Positions 39,071 to 49,375 of a stretch of 64,000 nucleotides of DNA are shown piece by piece. A model generated the notes under the pieces. The model worked only from the letters and a program-made list of their open reading frames with translations. It did not search any database and was not told the DNA's origin. Made by a program: the position numbers and the translations under genes. Location of the stretch: contig CBDBCZ010000019.1 in the NCBI GenBank assembly GCA_965203295.1, positions 1,152,001 through 1,216,000 on the forward strand, written 5' to 3'. The DNA is from Nitrospirales bacterium. GTDB taxonomy: Bacteria > Nitrospirota > Nitrospiria > Nitrospirales > UBA8639. The first letter of the stretch is position 1. Each line of letters begins with the position of its first letter.

Positions 39071-39913
39071 ATGGTGTCTGAGCCCGAGGAAGCGACTAGC
39101 CCATACTCTTCTCAACGGATCGGCCTCATTGCTGGAAACGGTCGATTTCCCATTATTTTTGCTGAAAATGCCAAGCGTCTTGGGTACACCGTTTTTGCGG
39201 TAGCCCACATTGGAGAAACAGCTCCGGAACTTGAACAACATGTTGATCGGATTCATTGGATTCGGATCGGGCAATTTAACAGTTTAATCCAGGCGCTGAA
39301 GAATGATGGCGTGAGTGAGGCCGTGATGCTGGGGGGAATTAAGAAGACGCATGTTTTTTCAGCCCTCAGGCCTGACCTACGTGCCATTGCCTTGGTCACC
39401 CGTCTCAAGAATCTGAAAGATGACGGGATCTTAAGGGCAGTGGCGGCTGAACTAGAGAACGAGGGTATTCAAATCCGAGAATCCACGTTTGGGCTTGGTG
39501 GTATTCTTGTCGAAAAAGGTACGTTTACCACACGTCGTCCAAATAAGAAAGAGCAGCAAGATATTGAATATGGATGGGACATTGTGGAAGAAGTTGGCAA
39601 GCTCGATATTGGGCAGTGCGTGGTGATTAAAGATCGAGTCGTCGTTGCGGTTGAAGCAGTGGAGGGAACCGATGAAGCCATTCGTCGAGGGGGAGACCTG
39701 GCTAAAGAAGGAGCGGTCGTGATCAAGCGAAGTAAGCCGCAACAGGATCTTCGATTCGATTTGCCTGCGGTTGGTCCAAAGACCATAGAAATCATGAATG
39801 GATGTAAGGCCTCAGTTTTAGCCTTGGAAGCTGGGAAAACCATTCTGCTTGATCGTGAGGAAACAATAGAGTTAGCGAACCAATCACGTATTGCCATCGT
39901 GGGTCTTGCATAA
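39071..39913 (+). CDS. lpxI: UDP-2,3-diacylglucosamine diphosphatase LpxI (DUF1009)
   Basis: GLIAGNGRFP, DIGQCVV, AVEAVEGTD, KPQQDLRFDLPAVG. Confidence 0.93.
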   Translation: MVSEPEEATSPYSSQRIGLIAGNGRFPIIFAENAKRLGYTVFAVAHIGETAPELEQHVDRIHWIRIGQFNSLIQALKNDGVSEAVMLGGIKKTHVFSALRPDLRAIALVTRLKNLKDDGILRAVAAELENEGIQIRESTFGLGGILVEKGTFTTRRPNKKEQQDIEYGWDIVEEVGKLDIGQCVVIKDRVVVAVEAVEGTDEAIRRGGDLAKEGAVVIKRSKPQQDLRFDLPAVGPKTIEIMNGCKASVLALEAGKTILLDREETIELANQSRIAIVGLA

Positions 39914-40035
39914 AGAATCATCAGCTTTGGAACGCATACCTTGACCCAAGAGGTTCGAACGTTTGTTGGTATTCCGTTTTTCTTCTCTCCTGACCTTTTA
40001 CTCTCCATTCTTGCGAAAAGAGAGTCACCCCATCG

Positions 40036-40977
40036 ATGAGTAACAACCTACGAGTTGGAGTGATCGGCGTCGGGCACTTAGGCCAACATCATGCTCGATT
40101 GTGCGCAGCGCTTCACGATGTCGAATTAGTTGGAGTCCTGGATGTCAATAAGCCTCGTGCCGATTCTATCGCACGCCTCTATGGCACCCAAATGTTTGGA
40201 GACGTACTGCCCTTACTGTCGAAAGTGGATGCGGTCAGTATCGCTGTTCCAACATCAGATCACTTTCATGTTGTGAAACAGTGTCTTGCTGCTGGTGTGA
40301 ATGTCTTGGTGGAAAAGCCTATTGCCTGTACTGAAAAAGAAGGCAACGATTTAGTTGAACTCGCCCAACAAAAACGTCTCGTTCTTCAAGTCGGGCATAT
40401 TGAGCGATTTAATCCAGTTGTTGAAAGCATACAGAGAGATATTCACTCTCCCTTTTATATGGAAGCTCTCAGGATGAGCCCGTTTCAACCTCGAGGGACC
40501 GATGTTGATGTGGTTCGAGACTTGATGATTCATGATCTCGACATCGCGCTCTCATTTGGTCTTGGCTCTATCGTCGAAATAGAGGCTTACGGTATGGCCT
40601 TGGCCTCTCCCCACATTGATTTTGCCAACGCAAGAATCCAGTTTGAGAATGGCTGTGTCGCGGCCTTTACAGCCAGTCGGGTTTCTTCAGAGCGACTTCG
40701 TAGGCTTCATCTTCTTCAGATGGATACCTTCATGGCTATTGATTACCAAAGCCGCAAGAGTGTGATTCGGCGTCGAGTTCGTGATAAGGAGGGAGCCTAT
40801 CGAGAAATCGTGGAAGAACGACAGAGTTCCGACGAAGAACCGCTTCAATTGGAACTCAAAGCATTCATCCGGTCTATCCAAGATGGAACCCGACCAGTCG
40901 TGTCTGGAGAAGATGCGTCAAAGTGCTTGGGGGTAGCGGAACGGATTGTTGAATCCATTTTGAGAAGGAACGCCTGA
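40036..40977 (+). CDS. Gfo/Idh/MocA oxidoreductase (GnnA-like)
   Basis: GVIGVGHLG, VEKPI, QVGHIERFNP, DLMIHDLD; lies between lpxI and lpxB. Confidence 0.85.
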   Translation: MSNNLRVGVIGVGHLGQHHARLCAALHDVELVGVLDVNKPRADSIARLYGTQMFGDVLPLLSKVDAVSIAVPTSDHFHVVKQCLAAGVNVLVEKPIACTEKEGNDLVELAQQKRLVLQVGHIERFNPVVESIQRDIHSPFYMEALRMSPFQPRGTDVDVVRDLMIHDLDIALSFGLGSIVEIEAYGMALASPHIDFANARIQFENGCVAAFTASRVSSERLRRLHLLQMDTFMAIDYQSRKSVIRRRVRDKEGAYREIVEERQSSDEEPLQLELKAFIRSIQDGTRPVVSGEDASKCLGVAERIVESILRRNA

Positions 40978-41234
40978 AGATGTCTGTGAGTTTATCTCCT
41001 TTCTTCAGCTTGAGGTTCTAAGGCATCAACTGGTTGTTGAACGATTCAACGCGTTCGAGAGCTTCAGTTTTCATCGTGAGTGAAGAAGGATTCTGGAAGG
41101 GGAAGGAATGTTCAAAAAGACTTCTCCCGTTACGTGATGTCCGTGCTGAGGCAGAGAAATAGAGCAGAGTACGGTGTGGTCTGCCAGCAACGGGAATGGC
41201 GCTGTCGAACATTGTCGAGAGACGGATCGTACCT

Positions 41235-42365
41235 ATGCCAAGAATTCTTATTGTGACAGGGGAGGAATCCGGGGACCTTCATGGTGGGAATTTGGCTAAG
41301 GCACTCAAAACATTACAGCCCGATGTGAAACTGCTTGGTGTGGGTGGACAGCACATGAAGGCTGCTGGTGTGGAACTCATTGAAGTGACAGGATGCGTAG
41401 AAGGAATTGGGGTGCTAAGGTTGAATCAAATCATGAAAGGGATCAAGATGTTATTCCAAATCAGAAAGTACCTTCAAGAGGTCAAACTTGATGGCGTAGT
41501 TTTTATCGATAGCCCAGGATTGAATTTGCGTCTTGCTCGAGTCGCGCGGAGGGTGGGGCATCGGGTTGTGTATTATATTGCTCCACAAATCTGGGCGTGG
41601 GCAGGAGTGCGAATCAAGTTGATCAAACGGGTGGTTGATCGGATGATTGTGATCTTCCCCTTTGAGGAGTCTCTGTATCAGCAAGCAGGGGTTCCATGCA
41701 CGTTTGTGGGGCATCCCTTGCTGGATATTGTGGGGCCCGTCCGCAATAAGGAAGGTGTTAGGAAGGATCTGGGTGTGTCTTTGGAAGGTCCTCTGTTAGG
41801 ACTCTTGCCCGGAAGCCGGGAGTCGGAGATCAGGTCTTTGTTGCCGGTGATGCTGCGAACTGCCCAGTGTATTGCTCGAACGAAACCCACGCTTCGTTGT
41901 GTCATTGCCCAGGCTCCTTCAATATCAACATCTCTTCTTCAAGACATAATCGGCGAGTCGACGCTCCCCATCACAATCATTCCACTTCGTCCCAATGATG
42001 TCATGGCTGCCTCCGATGTGTTACTCGTGGCTTCTGGAACGGCCACCTTGCAAGCGGCATTAGTTAGGACTCCCATGGTCATTGTCTACAAAGTTTCATG
42101 GTTGACCTATCACGTGGCGAAAAGGTTAGTTAAAGTTCCCTTCATCGGACTCGTCAATTTGGTCGCCGGAAAGGGGATTGTCACAGAACTTATTCAGCAT
42201 GATGTCCTCCCGTCACGTCTACAGGAGGAGGTGCTTCGGATTATGGATGATGAGGCTGTGGCTCATGAGATGAGAATGGCTTTCCAATCCATTCGAGGAC
42301 AATTGGGAACCCCCGGGGTTTCTGAACGCGCTGCTCAAGTGGTATTAGCCGAATGTCAGGCCTAA
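41235..42365 (+). CDS. lpxB: Lipid-A-disaccharide synthase
   Basis: GEESGDLHG, YYIAPQIWAW, FVGHPL, LLPGSR, ASGTATL. Confidence 0.96.
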   Translation: MPRILIVTGEESGDLHGGNLAKALKTLQPDVKLLGVGGQHMKAAGVELIEVTGCVEGIGVLRLNQIMKGIKMLFQIRKYLQEVKLDGVVFIDSPGLNLRLARVARRVGHRVVYYIAPQIWAWAGVRIKLIKRVVDRMIVIFPFEESLYQQAGVPCTFVGHPLLDIVGPVRNKEGVRKDLGVSLEGPLLGLLPGSRESEIRSLLPVMLRTAQCIARTKPTLRCVIAQAPSISTSLLQDIIGESTLPITIIPLRPNDVMAASDVLLVASGTATLQAALVRTPMVIVYKVSWLTYHVAKRLVKVPFIGLVNLVAGKGIVTELIQHDVLPSRLQEEVLRIMDDEAVAHEMRMAFQSIRGQLGTPGVSERAAQVVLAECQA

Positions 42366-44110
42366 AGATCCTTTTGAGAATAGCGACTTACCTGAAGGCC
42401 TACCGCGGTCGTTTGGTCGGTGCCTTGATTTGCTCTGCCGGTGTGGCAGGTTTTTACGCTTCCTATGCATGGCTGGTGCAGTATTTGGTGGACGATATAT
42501 TCATTAATAAGGACCCCGTTATCTTAGCTCTGTTCCCCATTGCATTTATCAGTGTCGCCTTCTTGAAAGGGCTTTTTGCTTATGGTCAATCATACTTGAT
42601 GAGCTATGTGGGGAATCGAACGATAGCGGAAATCCGCCAGGAATTGTTCGTGCATTTGATGCATTTGCCTCTCGGGTATCACGATGAGAATACATCCGGA
42701 CGACTTGTGGCCAGAGTGATCAATGATGTCAACCACATGGGGCATGCGATCCCCACCATTTTCAAGGATTTGCTACAACAGGGCTTAACGTTTTTTGCGC
42801 TAGTGGTATGGACGTTCTATCTGAATTGGAAATTGGCAAGTGTGCTGTTTATCGTCATTCCACTCTCATTGTTTGTGATTGTTCGACTGGGCAAGAGGTT
42901 AAGGCGTCTATCGACGCGGGGTCAGGAGTCCATTGGTGATATGGCGTCAGTGTTGAAAGAAGCCTTTGCAGGAATCAGAATCGTCAAAGCCTATGGCAGG
43001 GAACCCCTCGAGTGTGAGCGGGTTAATCAGGCCAATATGTCCTTCATGCGAGCCAATATGAAATCCGCACAACTCTCAGCTATGTCGTCTCCGTTAATGG
43101 AAATGATTGCCTCAACGGGGATTGTGGTGATTGTCTGGTATGGGGGATATCTCATTGTGATAGGAGCGATGACGGCGGGGGAAGTGAGTTCATTCGTGGT
43201 CGCGCTGTTTATGGCGTATGCACCTATTCGTCGTTTAGCAGGGGCCAATAATGCTATTCAAAACGCCATTGCGGGAGCCCAAAGAGTTTTTGATGTATTG
43301 AGCCTTGACCATGAGCAAAAGGGGGATCCTCAACGAGAATCCTTGGCTCCCATCTCTCGCTCATTGGAGTTCCAGAATGTGACGTTTTTTTATAAAGGGA
43401 AGTCGGACCCGGCCTTGGTGCAAGTGCAATTAACGATTCGTTGTGGGGAAATGGTGGCGTTGGTGGGAAGTAGCGGAAGCGGCAAAACGACACTTGCGAG
43501 TTTGGTCCCTAGATTTTACAGCCCATCCGAAGGCGCAGTCCTTATTGATGGGCAGGATATAGGAGAAGCCACGCTGTCGTCTTTACGAAGCCAAATGGCA
43601 ATTGTCTCTCAGGATACCGTGTTGTTTGATGATACCATTCGCAATAACATTGCCTACGGAAAGGCTGATGCAAGCGATGTGGAGATTGTGGATGCGGCAA
43701 AGGCTGCCCATGCCTATGAATTTATTGAACGTATGCCGCAAGGGCTCAACACGCTTATTGGAGAAAATGGGTTGAAGCTTTCAGGAGGTCAGCGCCAACG
43801 GTTGGCTATCGCTCGAGCTATTTTACGGGACCCTCCTCTTTTGATTCTAGACGAGGCGACTTCCTCATTGGATTCTGAGTCAGAGCAGGTCGTCCAAGAG
43901 GCACTTGCCAATCTCTTGAAAAATCGAACCACGTTGGTCATTGCTCATCGGCTTTCAACCGTCCAACATGCAGACCGGATTGTCGTTCTGAGTCATGGAA
44001 AAATTATGGAAGAGGGATCGCATTCCGATCTCTTGAGACGAAGCGGAATGTATAAAAGGCTCTACCAAACACAGTTTCATAACACTGCGGTGGAAACCGT
44101 GACTCCTTGA
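42353..44110 (+). CDS. msbA: Lipid A export ABC transporter (permease + ATPase)
   Basis: TM domain plus GSSGSGKT, LSGGQRQR, ILDEATS; lipid A gene context. Confidence 0.92.
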   Translation: MSGLKILLRIATYLKAYRGRLVGALICSAGVAGFYASYAWLVQYLVDDIFINKDPVILALFPIAFISVAFLKGLFAYGQSYLMSYVGNRTIAEIRQELFVHLMHLPLGYHDENTSGRLVARVINDVNHMGHAIPTIFKDLLQQGLTFFALVVWTFYLNWKLASVLFIVIPLSLFVIVRLGKRLRRLSTRGQESIGDMASVLKEAFAGIRIVKAYGREPLECERVNQANMSFMRANMKSAQLSAMSSPLMEMIASTGIVVIVWYGGYLIVIGAMTAGEVSSFVVALFMAYAPIRRLAGANNAIQNAIAGAQRVFDVLSLDHEQKGDPQRESLAPISRSLEFQNVTFFYKGKSDPALVQVQLTIRCGEMVALVGSSGSGKTTLASLVPRFYSPSEGAVLIDGQDIGEATLSSLRSQMAIVSQDTVLFDDTIRNNIAYGKADASDVEIVDAAKAAHAYEFIERMPQGLNTLIGENGLKLSGGQRQRLAIARAILRDPPLLILDEATSSLDSESEQVVQEALANLLKNRTTLVIAHRLSTVQHADRIVVLSHGKIMEEGSHSDLLRRSGMYKRLYQTQFHNTAVETVTP

Positions 44111-44112
44111 CT

Positions 44113-44783
44113 ATGAAAAAATCGAAGATGCTAAGCCGTTGGGTGACCAGGACCATACTCCCTCCGCTTGGAGCTGTTCTCATTCGCTTGCTTGGGAGGT
44201 TTATGCGAATCTCCGTTCAGGGGGCTGCGCAGGTTGATAAGTTTCATCACCAAACCCAAGGTGTGATCATTGCATTTTGGCATGGTCGTCAACTGATGAT
44301 GCCTTTGGCGTATCGAGGGAAGAACATTCATATTCTCATTAGCCAGCATTATGATGGAGAGCTGATTCATCAAATTATTCGGCGGTTCGGTTTTTCATCG
44401 GTCAGGGGGTCAACGACAAGAGGTGGCACGGCGGCCCTCCGGCAACTCATTCGTATCGCGAGAACTGGGAGCGATCTTGTGGTGACACCGGATGGTCCCA
44501 AAGGGCCACGGCAGGTGGTTCAGGAAGGTGTTATTTATTTGGCCAAGATGACGGGGTTACCCATTGTTCCGTTAACCTTTGCTTGTTCAAAAAAAAAGTC
44601 TTTTCCAGTTGGGATCAATTCGTGGTTCCTTACCCATTCTCCAAAGGATTGTTTGTATGGGGGGCACCCGTTATAGTTGATCGGGATGCCGATGAAAACG
44701 AGATAGAGACGAAGCGGCGTGAATTACAACAGACGTTAAATGGCATGACCGAGGAGGCTGATGCCCAAGTCTTGCAAGGTTAG
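44113..44783 (+). CDS. DUF374 / LpxJ-like acyltransferase; the full-length product needs a -1 frameshift at A9 (44589-44597)
   Basis: Frame 0 carries FWHG, SQHYDG, VRGS and TPDGPKGP. The family C-terminal motif SWDQFVVPYPF lies in the -1 frame (44583..44783). Confidence 0.85.
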
Positions 44784-44894
44784 GTTCTGGTTTAATCTGC
44801 ATCCCCACGTATCTTCCGGTTTTTCCCCAGAGATTCCCTTGAATCCAATCACGAATGCTTGCTCCCTTATGAAAGAATAAGGGCTGTCTGCCTC

Positions 44895-46220
44895 ATGTGG
44901 TATGTTGTGTATAACATTTTGATAGTCCTTGCTTCTCCCGTCATCATTGTCATTCTTTTATGTAAGAAACGGAGTCGTCCTGGAATGATGGCGAGATTGG
45001 GTATTGGGCTTGATAGGGTATTACCCCTTCAGGAAAATACATTGTGGATTCATGCTGTCTCACTTGGCGAGGCGACGGCTATTGTTCCCTTAGTGAAGGC
45101 TTTGCACCACGATTTCCCAGTCCTTCCGATCGTGGTCTCAACTGTGACGGAAACTGGTCGTGAAACCGTGGAGAAAAGGTTAGCTGGGATTGCACAACAT
45201 TGCTATTTGCCCCTGGATTTTCCATGGGTAGTCTCCCGATATGTACGAATGCTCCGTCCATGCCTTTTTGTGTTAGTTGAAACAGAGTTGTGGCCAAACT
45301 TGTTAAGAATTCTGCACTTCCATCACATTCCAACCATATTGGTGAATGGTCGATTGTCTTCCCATTCGTTCCAGGGGTATCAACGAATTGCCCTCTTCAT
45401 TCGCCAGGTATTGGCTCAACTCGACCTTTGCCTGATGCAATCGGAACGTGATGCAGATCGGGTGTGTCAATTAGGTGCAGAACCAGGAAATGTCCATCAT
45501 ACCGGCAATATGAAATTTGATCAGGAGGGACATGATGTCGCCATCCAGGATAGTTCTCTCTTGCGTGCTTCTCTCGGCTTACGGAACGATGAGATGCTGA
45601 TTGTGGCTGGAAGTACCCATGCTGTGGAAGAGGAACAATTAGTGGCGTGTTATAGGGTGATCTGCCAGAACGTGGAAAATGCCGTTCTCCTCTTAGCTCC
45701 CAGACATATCGAACGGACTCGTGCAATTAAGGAAAAAATCCAGAGCCTTGGCATGCACGTTCAGCAGCGAAGTCAGACCCAACAATCGGAAGGGAAAATC
45801 ATCGAACGCTCAACGCCACGTGTCATTATTCTCGATACGAGAGGAGAGCTAGCTCATCTGTATGGTCTTTGTCGTGTCGCGTTTGTGGGGGGAACACTGG
45901 TTCCCGTTGGAGGGCATAATCTCCTTGAACCTGCCGTTTGGGGAAAACCAGTCGTTTTTGGCCCTTACACAGACCACTGTGCAGAAATGGCTGACCTCTT
46001 GGTAAAAAGCAGGGGTGGTGTTCAGGTTCATGATGATGAAGAACTCACACAGATTCTTTTGAAAGGACTCCAGGATGATGCTTGGATCAAGGAATGTGGT
46101 GCAGCAGCTAGGAGCGTGGTCCTTGAGAATCAGGGTGTGATCAAACGAAATCTTGAATTCATTCGTCCGCTGGTCAAATCGCGTTTGGATTCTTGCATTC
46201 GTGGCGTCTCAGCGCTCTAG
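44895..46220 (+). CDS. waaA: 3-deoxy-D-manno-octulosonic acid (Kdo) transferase
   Basis: WIHAVSLGE, ETELWPN, GNMKFD, APRH, GGHNLLEP. Confidence 0.96.
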   Translation: MWYVVYNILIVLASPVIIVILLCKKRSRPGMMARLGIGLDRVLPLQENTLWIHAVSLGEATAIVPLVKALHHDFPVLPIVVSTVTETGRETVEKRLAGIAQHCYLPLDFPWVVSRYVRMLRPCLFVLVETELWPNLLRILHFHHIPTILVNGRLSSHSFQGYQRIALFIRQVLAQLDLCLMQSERDADRVCQLGAEPGNVHHTGNMKFDQEGHDVAIQDSSLLRASLGLRNDEMLIVAGSTHAVEEEQLVACYRVICQNVENAVLLLAPRHIERTRAIKEKIQSLGMHVQQRSQTQQSEGKIIERSTPRVIILDTRGELAHLYGLCRVAFVGGTLVPVGGHNLLEPAVWGKPVVFGPYTDHCAEMADLLVKSRGGVQVHDDEELTQILLKGLQDDAWIKECGAAARSVVLENQGVIKRNLEFIRPLVKSRLDSCIRGVSAL

Positions 46221-46299
46221 GCAGGCTGTTAAAAAAATATTTCAGTAGCGTATGGCTTGCTTGTCGGCCTAAGGTGTTTGGTCTTTGAACAACATACAG
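46221..46299. repeat. Degenerate intergenic element of the CAGGCTGTT-AAAA family
   Basis: GCAGGCTGTTAAAAAA ... TCTTTGAACAACATACAG imperfect inverted ends, between waaA and lpxK. Confidence 0.4.
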
Positions 46300-46301
46300 G
46301 T

Positions 46302-47387
46302 GTGACGATCTGGAGTTTGCAACAGAAGAAGTTTGCTAGGACTTGCCGCCTTCTTGTGCCGCTTTCCCTTCTTTTGTCGTATGTCGGGGTTGTGCGGGCT
46401 TGGTTGTATGAGAGGGGTTGGCTGGTCCAACAGCGACTTCCCTGTCGGGTTGTGAGTGTCGGGAACATGACGGTGGGAGGAACAGGAAAAACACCACTCG
46501 TGATTTCCATAGCCCGGTGGCTTCAGTCTCGTGGCCATCGTGTTGGCGTTCTGAGCCGAGGCTACCAGCGAGAGAAGAGAACTTCTTTCCTTTTAGTGTC
46601 TGATGGAAAGCAAGTTCTTGCAACTCCTCTTCAGGGGGGTGATGAACCCTATCTCATGGCCCAACGGCTACCAGGGGTTGCCATTGCGGTTGGGACCGAC
46701 CGTTATGAATTGGGGCGTTGGGTGTTAAATCAGATCCCTATTGACTGCTTTGTGTTGGATGATGGATTTCAACATTTAGGACTTGCCCGGGATATCAATC
46801 TCTTAGTGGTTGATTCAATGGATGTGGACGGTCTTAAGGGGATTCTTCCAGCCGGAAGATTGCGAGAACCTCTTGAGGCCGCTCGTCGGGCAACAGCTAT
46901 TATTTTCACAAGGGTCGAACCCACTTCTCCTACGTCTAACGTTCATCAAGTGCTGAAAAGAGCGATGGGTCGTGATTTTGTGCCAATATTGACGAAGTTT
47001 GTTTTTAGCTCCCTGATTGGCCCTGGCTTGTATGAACGTCGAGAGCTTGATGTTCTTAAAGGGGCAAAGGTGATGATGGTTAGCGGTGTCGGGAATCCAG
47101 ATTCATTTCGGAAAATGGTCGCCACCTTAGGGGCAAAAGTGATGGGTGAAAGAATTTTTGTAGACCATTATCGATACACCGAAAAGGATCTGATTTCTTT
47201 GAGAGAACAGGGGCAGAGTTATGGGGCCCAGGCGATCCTGACGACGGAGAAAGATTTGGTGAAAATGGAGCCTTTCCTTCAATCGGATGACGACGTTTGG
47301 GCTCTTCGTCTTGAGTTGGAATTTATCCAGGGCCAAGAACGATTGGCCGATCTTCTTTTGGAAGATGACGCAGCGCATGTGGGCTAA
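46302..47387 (+). CDS. lpxK: Tetraacyldisaccharide 4'-kinase
   Basis: SVGNMTVGGTGKTP, SRGY, GDEP, LDDGFQH, LPAGRLRE, TTEKD. GTG start at 46302 is inferred. Confidence 0.96.
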   Translation: MTIWSLQQKKFARTCRLLVPLSLLLSYVGVVRAWLYERGWLVQQRLPCRVVSVGNMTVGGTGKTPLVISIARWLQSRGHRVGVLSRGYQREKRTSFLLVSDGKQVLATPLQGGDEPYLMAQRLPGVAIAVGTDRYELGRWVLNQIPIDCFVLDDGFQHLGLARDINLLVVDSMDVDGLKGILPAGRLREPLEAARRATAIIFTRVEPTSPTSNVHQVLKRAMGRDFVPILTKFVFSSLIGPGLYERRELDVLKGAKVMMVSGVGNPDSFRKMVATLGAKVMGERIFVDHYRYTEKDLISLREQGQSYGAQAILTTEKDLVKMEPFLQSDDDVWALRLELEFIQGQERLADLLLEDDAAHVG

Positions 47388-48504
47388 AGAAACAGCTAAT
47401 CGCATTTTAGTCCGAGCCCCCAATTGGATCGGCGATGCGGTGATGTGTACCCCTGCCCTTCTTTCCTTGCGTCAGGTGTTTCCCACTTCAATTATTACTC
47501 TGCTAGGGAGACCTGGAGTGGTCGAATTGTTAAAGGGCCATCCATCGATCAATGAGTTTATTGTGTATGAGCATACCAGTCGGCATCGTGGGATTCTTGG
47601 GAAATGGCGATTGGTTCAGACTTTACGACGGATCAGTTTTGATATGGCCGTCCTTTTTCAAAATGCATTTGAAGCAGCCCTTTTAGGCTTGATGGCCGGT
47701 ATTACCATTCGTTATGGATACGGGACAGATGGTCGGAAATTTCTTTTAACGGAATTCATCCTTCCTCCAATGCAGAGAGGAATGCATCATGTGAATTATT
47801 ACCACACGTTGATTGAATCCTTGTCCGGAGAGGTTCAGCCTCAGCCACCCAAGCTGATGGTCTCGAATGAGGAAGAAAAAGCCATTGTCAGACAATTGGC
47901 TGACGAAGGGATCCATGCCGATGACATTTTGCTTGGGATGAACCCTGGCTCAGTCTATGGTGGGGCCAAACGATGGTTGCCAGAACGTTTTGCCTCCACA
48001 GCGGATAAATTAATCAGAGATGTTGAGACGCACTTTGGCCCCTCACACCGTATTCGTTGTGTGATCGTAGGCGGAAAAGGCGAAGAAGGATTAGGCCAGA
48101 TAATCGCCCAACAGATGGAGTCCAACCCTATTGTGTTGTCTGGAAAAACCAACCTTCGTCAACTGATGGTTGTTGTGAAACACTGCAAAGTATTCATTAC
48201 GAATGATACCGGGCCGATGCATATTGCCCATGCTTTTGGAGTCCCAGTCGTGGCCATCTTTGGACCGACTGATCCGACTGAGACCTCTCCGTTTGGAAGC
48301 CCCTTTTCTATCGTGCAACATTCGGTTTCCTGTTCTCCTTGTCTGCTTCGATTCTGTCCTATTGATCATCGTTGCATGACAGGTGTCTCCGTGGAAGATG
48401 TGTACGTCGCTGCAAGAAAACAAATGCAAAGTCTCTTGGCTAATGGGGAAATGGGACCTCATCAAGAACGATTGGTGGATCCCCCTCAACATACAGTCAG
48501 TTGA
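47377..48504 (+). CDS. waaF: ADP-heptose:LPS heptosyltransferase II (GT9)
   Basis: RAPNWIGDAVM, NPGSVYGGAKRW, TNDTGPMHIA, IFGPT. Confidence 0.92.
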   Translation: MWAKETANRILVRAPNWIGDAVMCTPALLSLRQVFPTSIITLLGRPGVVELLKGHPSINEFIVYEHTSRHRGILGKWRLVQTLRRISFDMAVLFQNAFEAALLGLMAGITIRYGYGTDGRKFLLTEFILPPMQRGMHHVNYYHTLIESLSGEVQPQPPKLMVSNEEEKAIVRQLADEGIHADDILLGMNPGSVYGGAKRWLPERFASTADKLIRDVETHFGPSHRIRCVIVGGKGEEGLGQIIAQQMESNPIVLSGKTNLRQLMVVVKHCKVFITNDTGPMHIAHAFGVPVVAIFGPTDPTETSPFGSPFSIVQHSVSCSPCLLRFCPIDHRCMTGVSVEDVYVAARKQMQSLLANGEMGPHQERLVDPPQHTVS

Positions 48505-49094
48505 AACACTCTCAGCATAGGATTACGGTCTTTCTTGATCGTGATGGAACATTAAATCCCGATTTGGGGTATATTGCTTCTCTCAAGGAATTTTCTCTTT
48601 TTCTGGGTGTTGGGAGGGCGATGGCTCGGTTAACTCAGGCAGATATCTGTACGGTTCTCGTGACCAATCAATCCGGTATTGCGAGAGGATTCCTGAGCCT
48701 ATCTGATCTGGATGTGATTCATCGATTTCTTCAAGATACGATAGAGGAATCGGGAGGAAAAATTGATGGTATTTATGTGTGTCCTCATCATCCGATTGAT
48801 CAATGTTTATGCCGCAAGCCAAAAATCGGGCTTCTGACACAAGCTGCGGCGGATCTGAAGATTGATCTGAGCCGATCCTATATGGTTGGAGATAAGCTGA
48901 CTGACATTGAATTAGCCAATCATTGTGGAGCGGTAGGAGTGCTGGTGACAACAGGGCCTAGAAGCCTGGAGGCCGTCAAGGCTGTTCAAAACGGTGAAGT
49001 TTGGGTAGAGTATATTGCTCAAAATTTCCCTGCGGCCGTTGAATGGATATTGCAAGATGCATCCTCACAAAAGTGGGAATGTGAATCAAGTTAA
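48501..49094 (+). CDS. gmhB: D-glycero-D-manno-heptose 1,7-bisphosphate phosphatase
   Basis: FLDRDGTLN, TNQSGIARG, CPHH...CLCRKP, MVGDK. Confidence 0.92.
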   Translation: MKHSQHRITVFLDRDGTLNPDLGYIASLKEFSLFLGVGRAMARLTQADICTVLVTNQSGIARGFLSLSDLDVIHRFLQDTIEESGGKIDGIYVCPHHPIDQCLCRKPKIGLLTQAAADLKIDLSRSYMVGDKLTDIELANHCGAVGVLVTTGPRSLEAVKAVQNGEVWVEYIAQNFPAAVEWILQDASSQKWECESS

Positions 49095-49375
49095 CTCTTG
49101 TTTCTTTTCAAGAACATAAGGGTGTCACAGAGCTGATCAATCAAGAGAGATATTGAAAGGGAATTGGCTCGTTTTATATCCTTGCCTGAGTCTAAGCGAT
49201 GTTTCATCAGGAAGCTTAGCTCCTTGGGCCATACAATCCACGCTCTCTCCACGCCTACCGTTTTGCGGTGTTGGTTTCCTCATTTTGGGATTAGCTGGTT
49301 AATCAAAAAGAGTCATTCTGATCTCAAAGACGTGAGGGAGCTGGATTCCTGCCGTTCAGAGTTTCACGGTTATTA

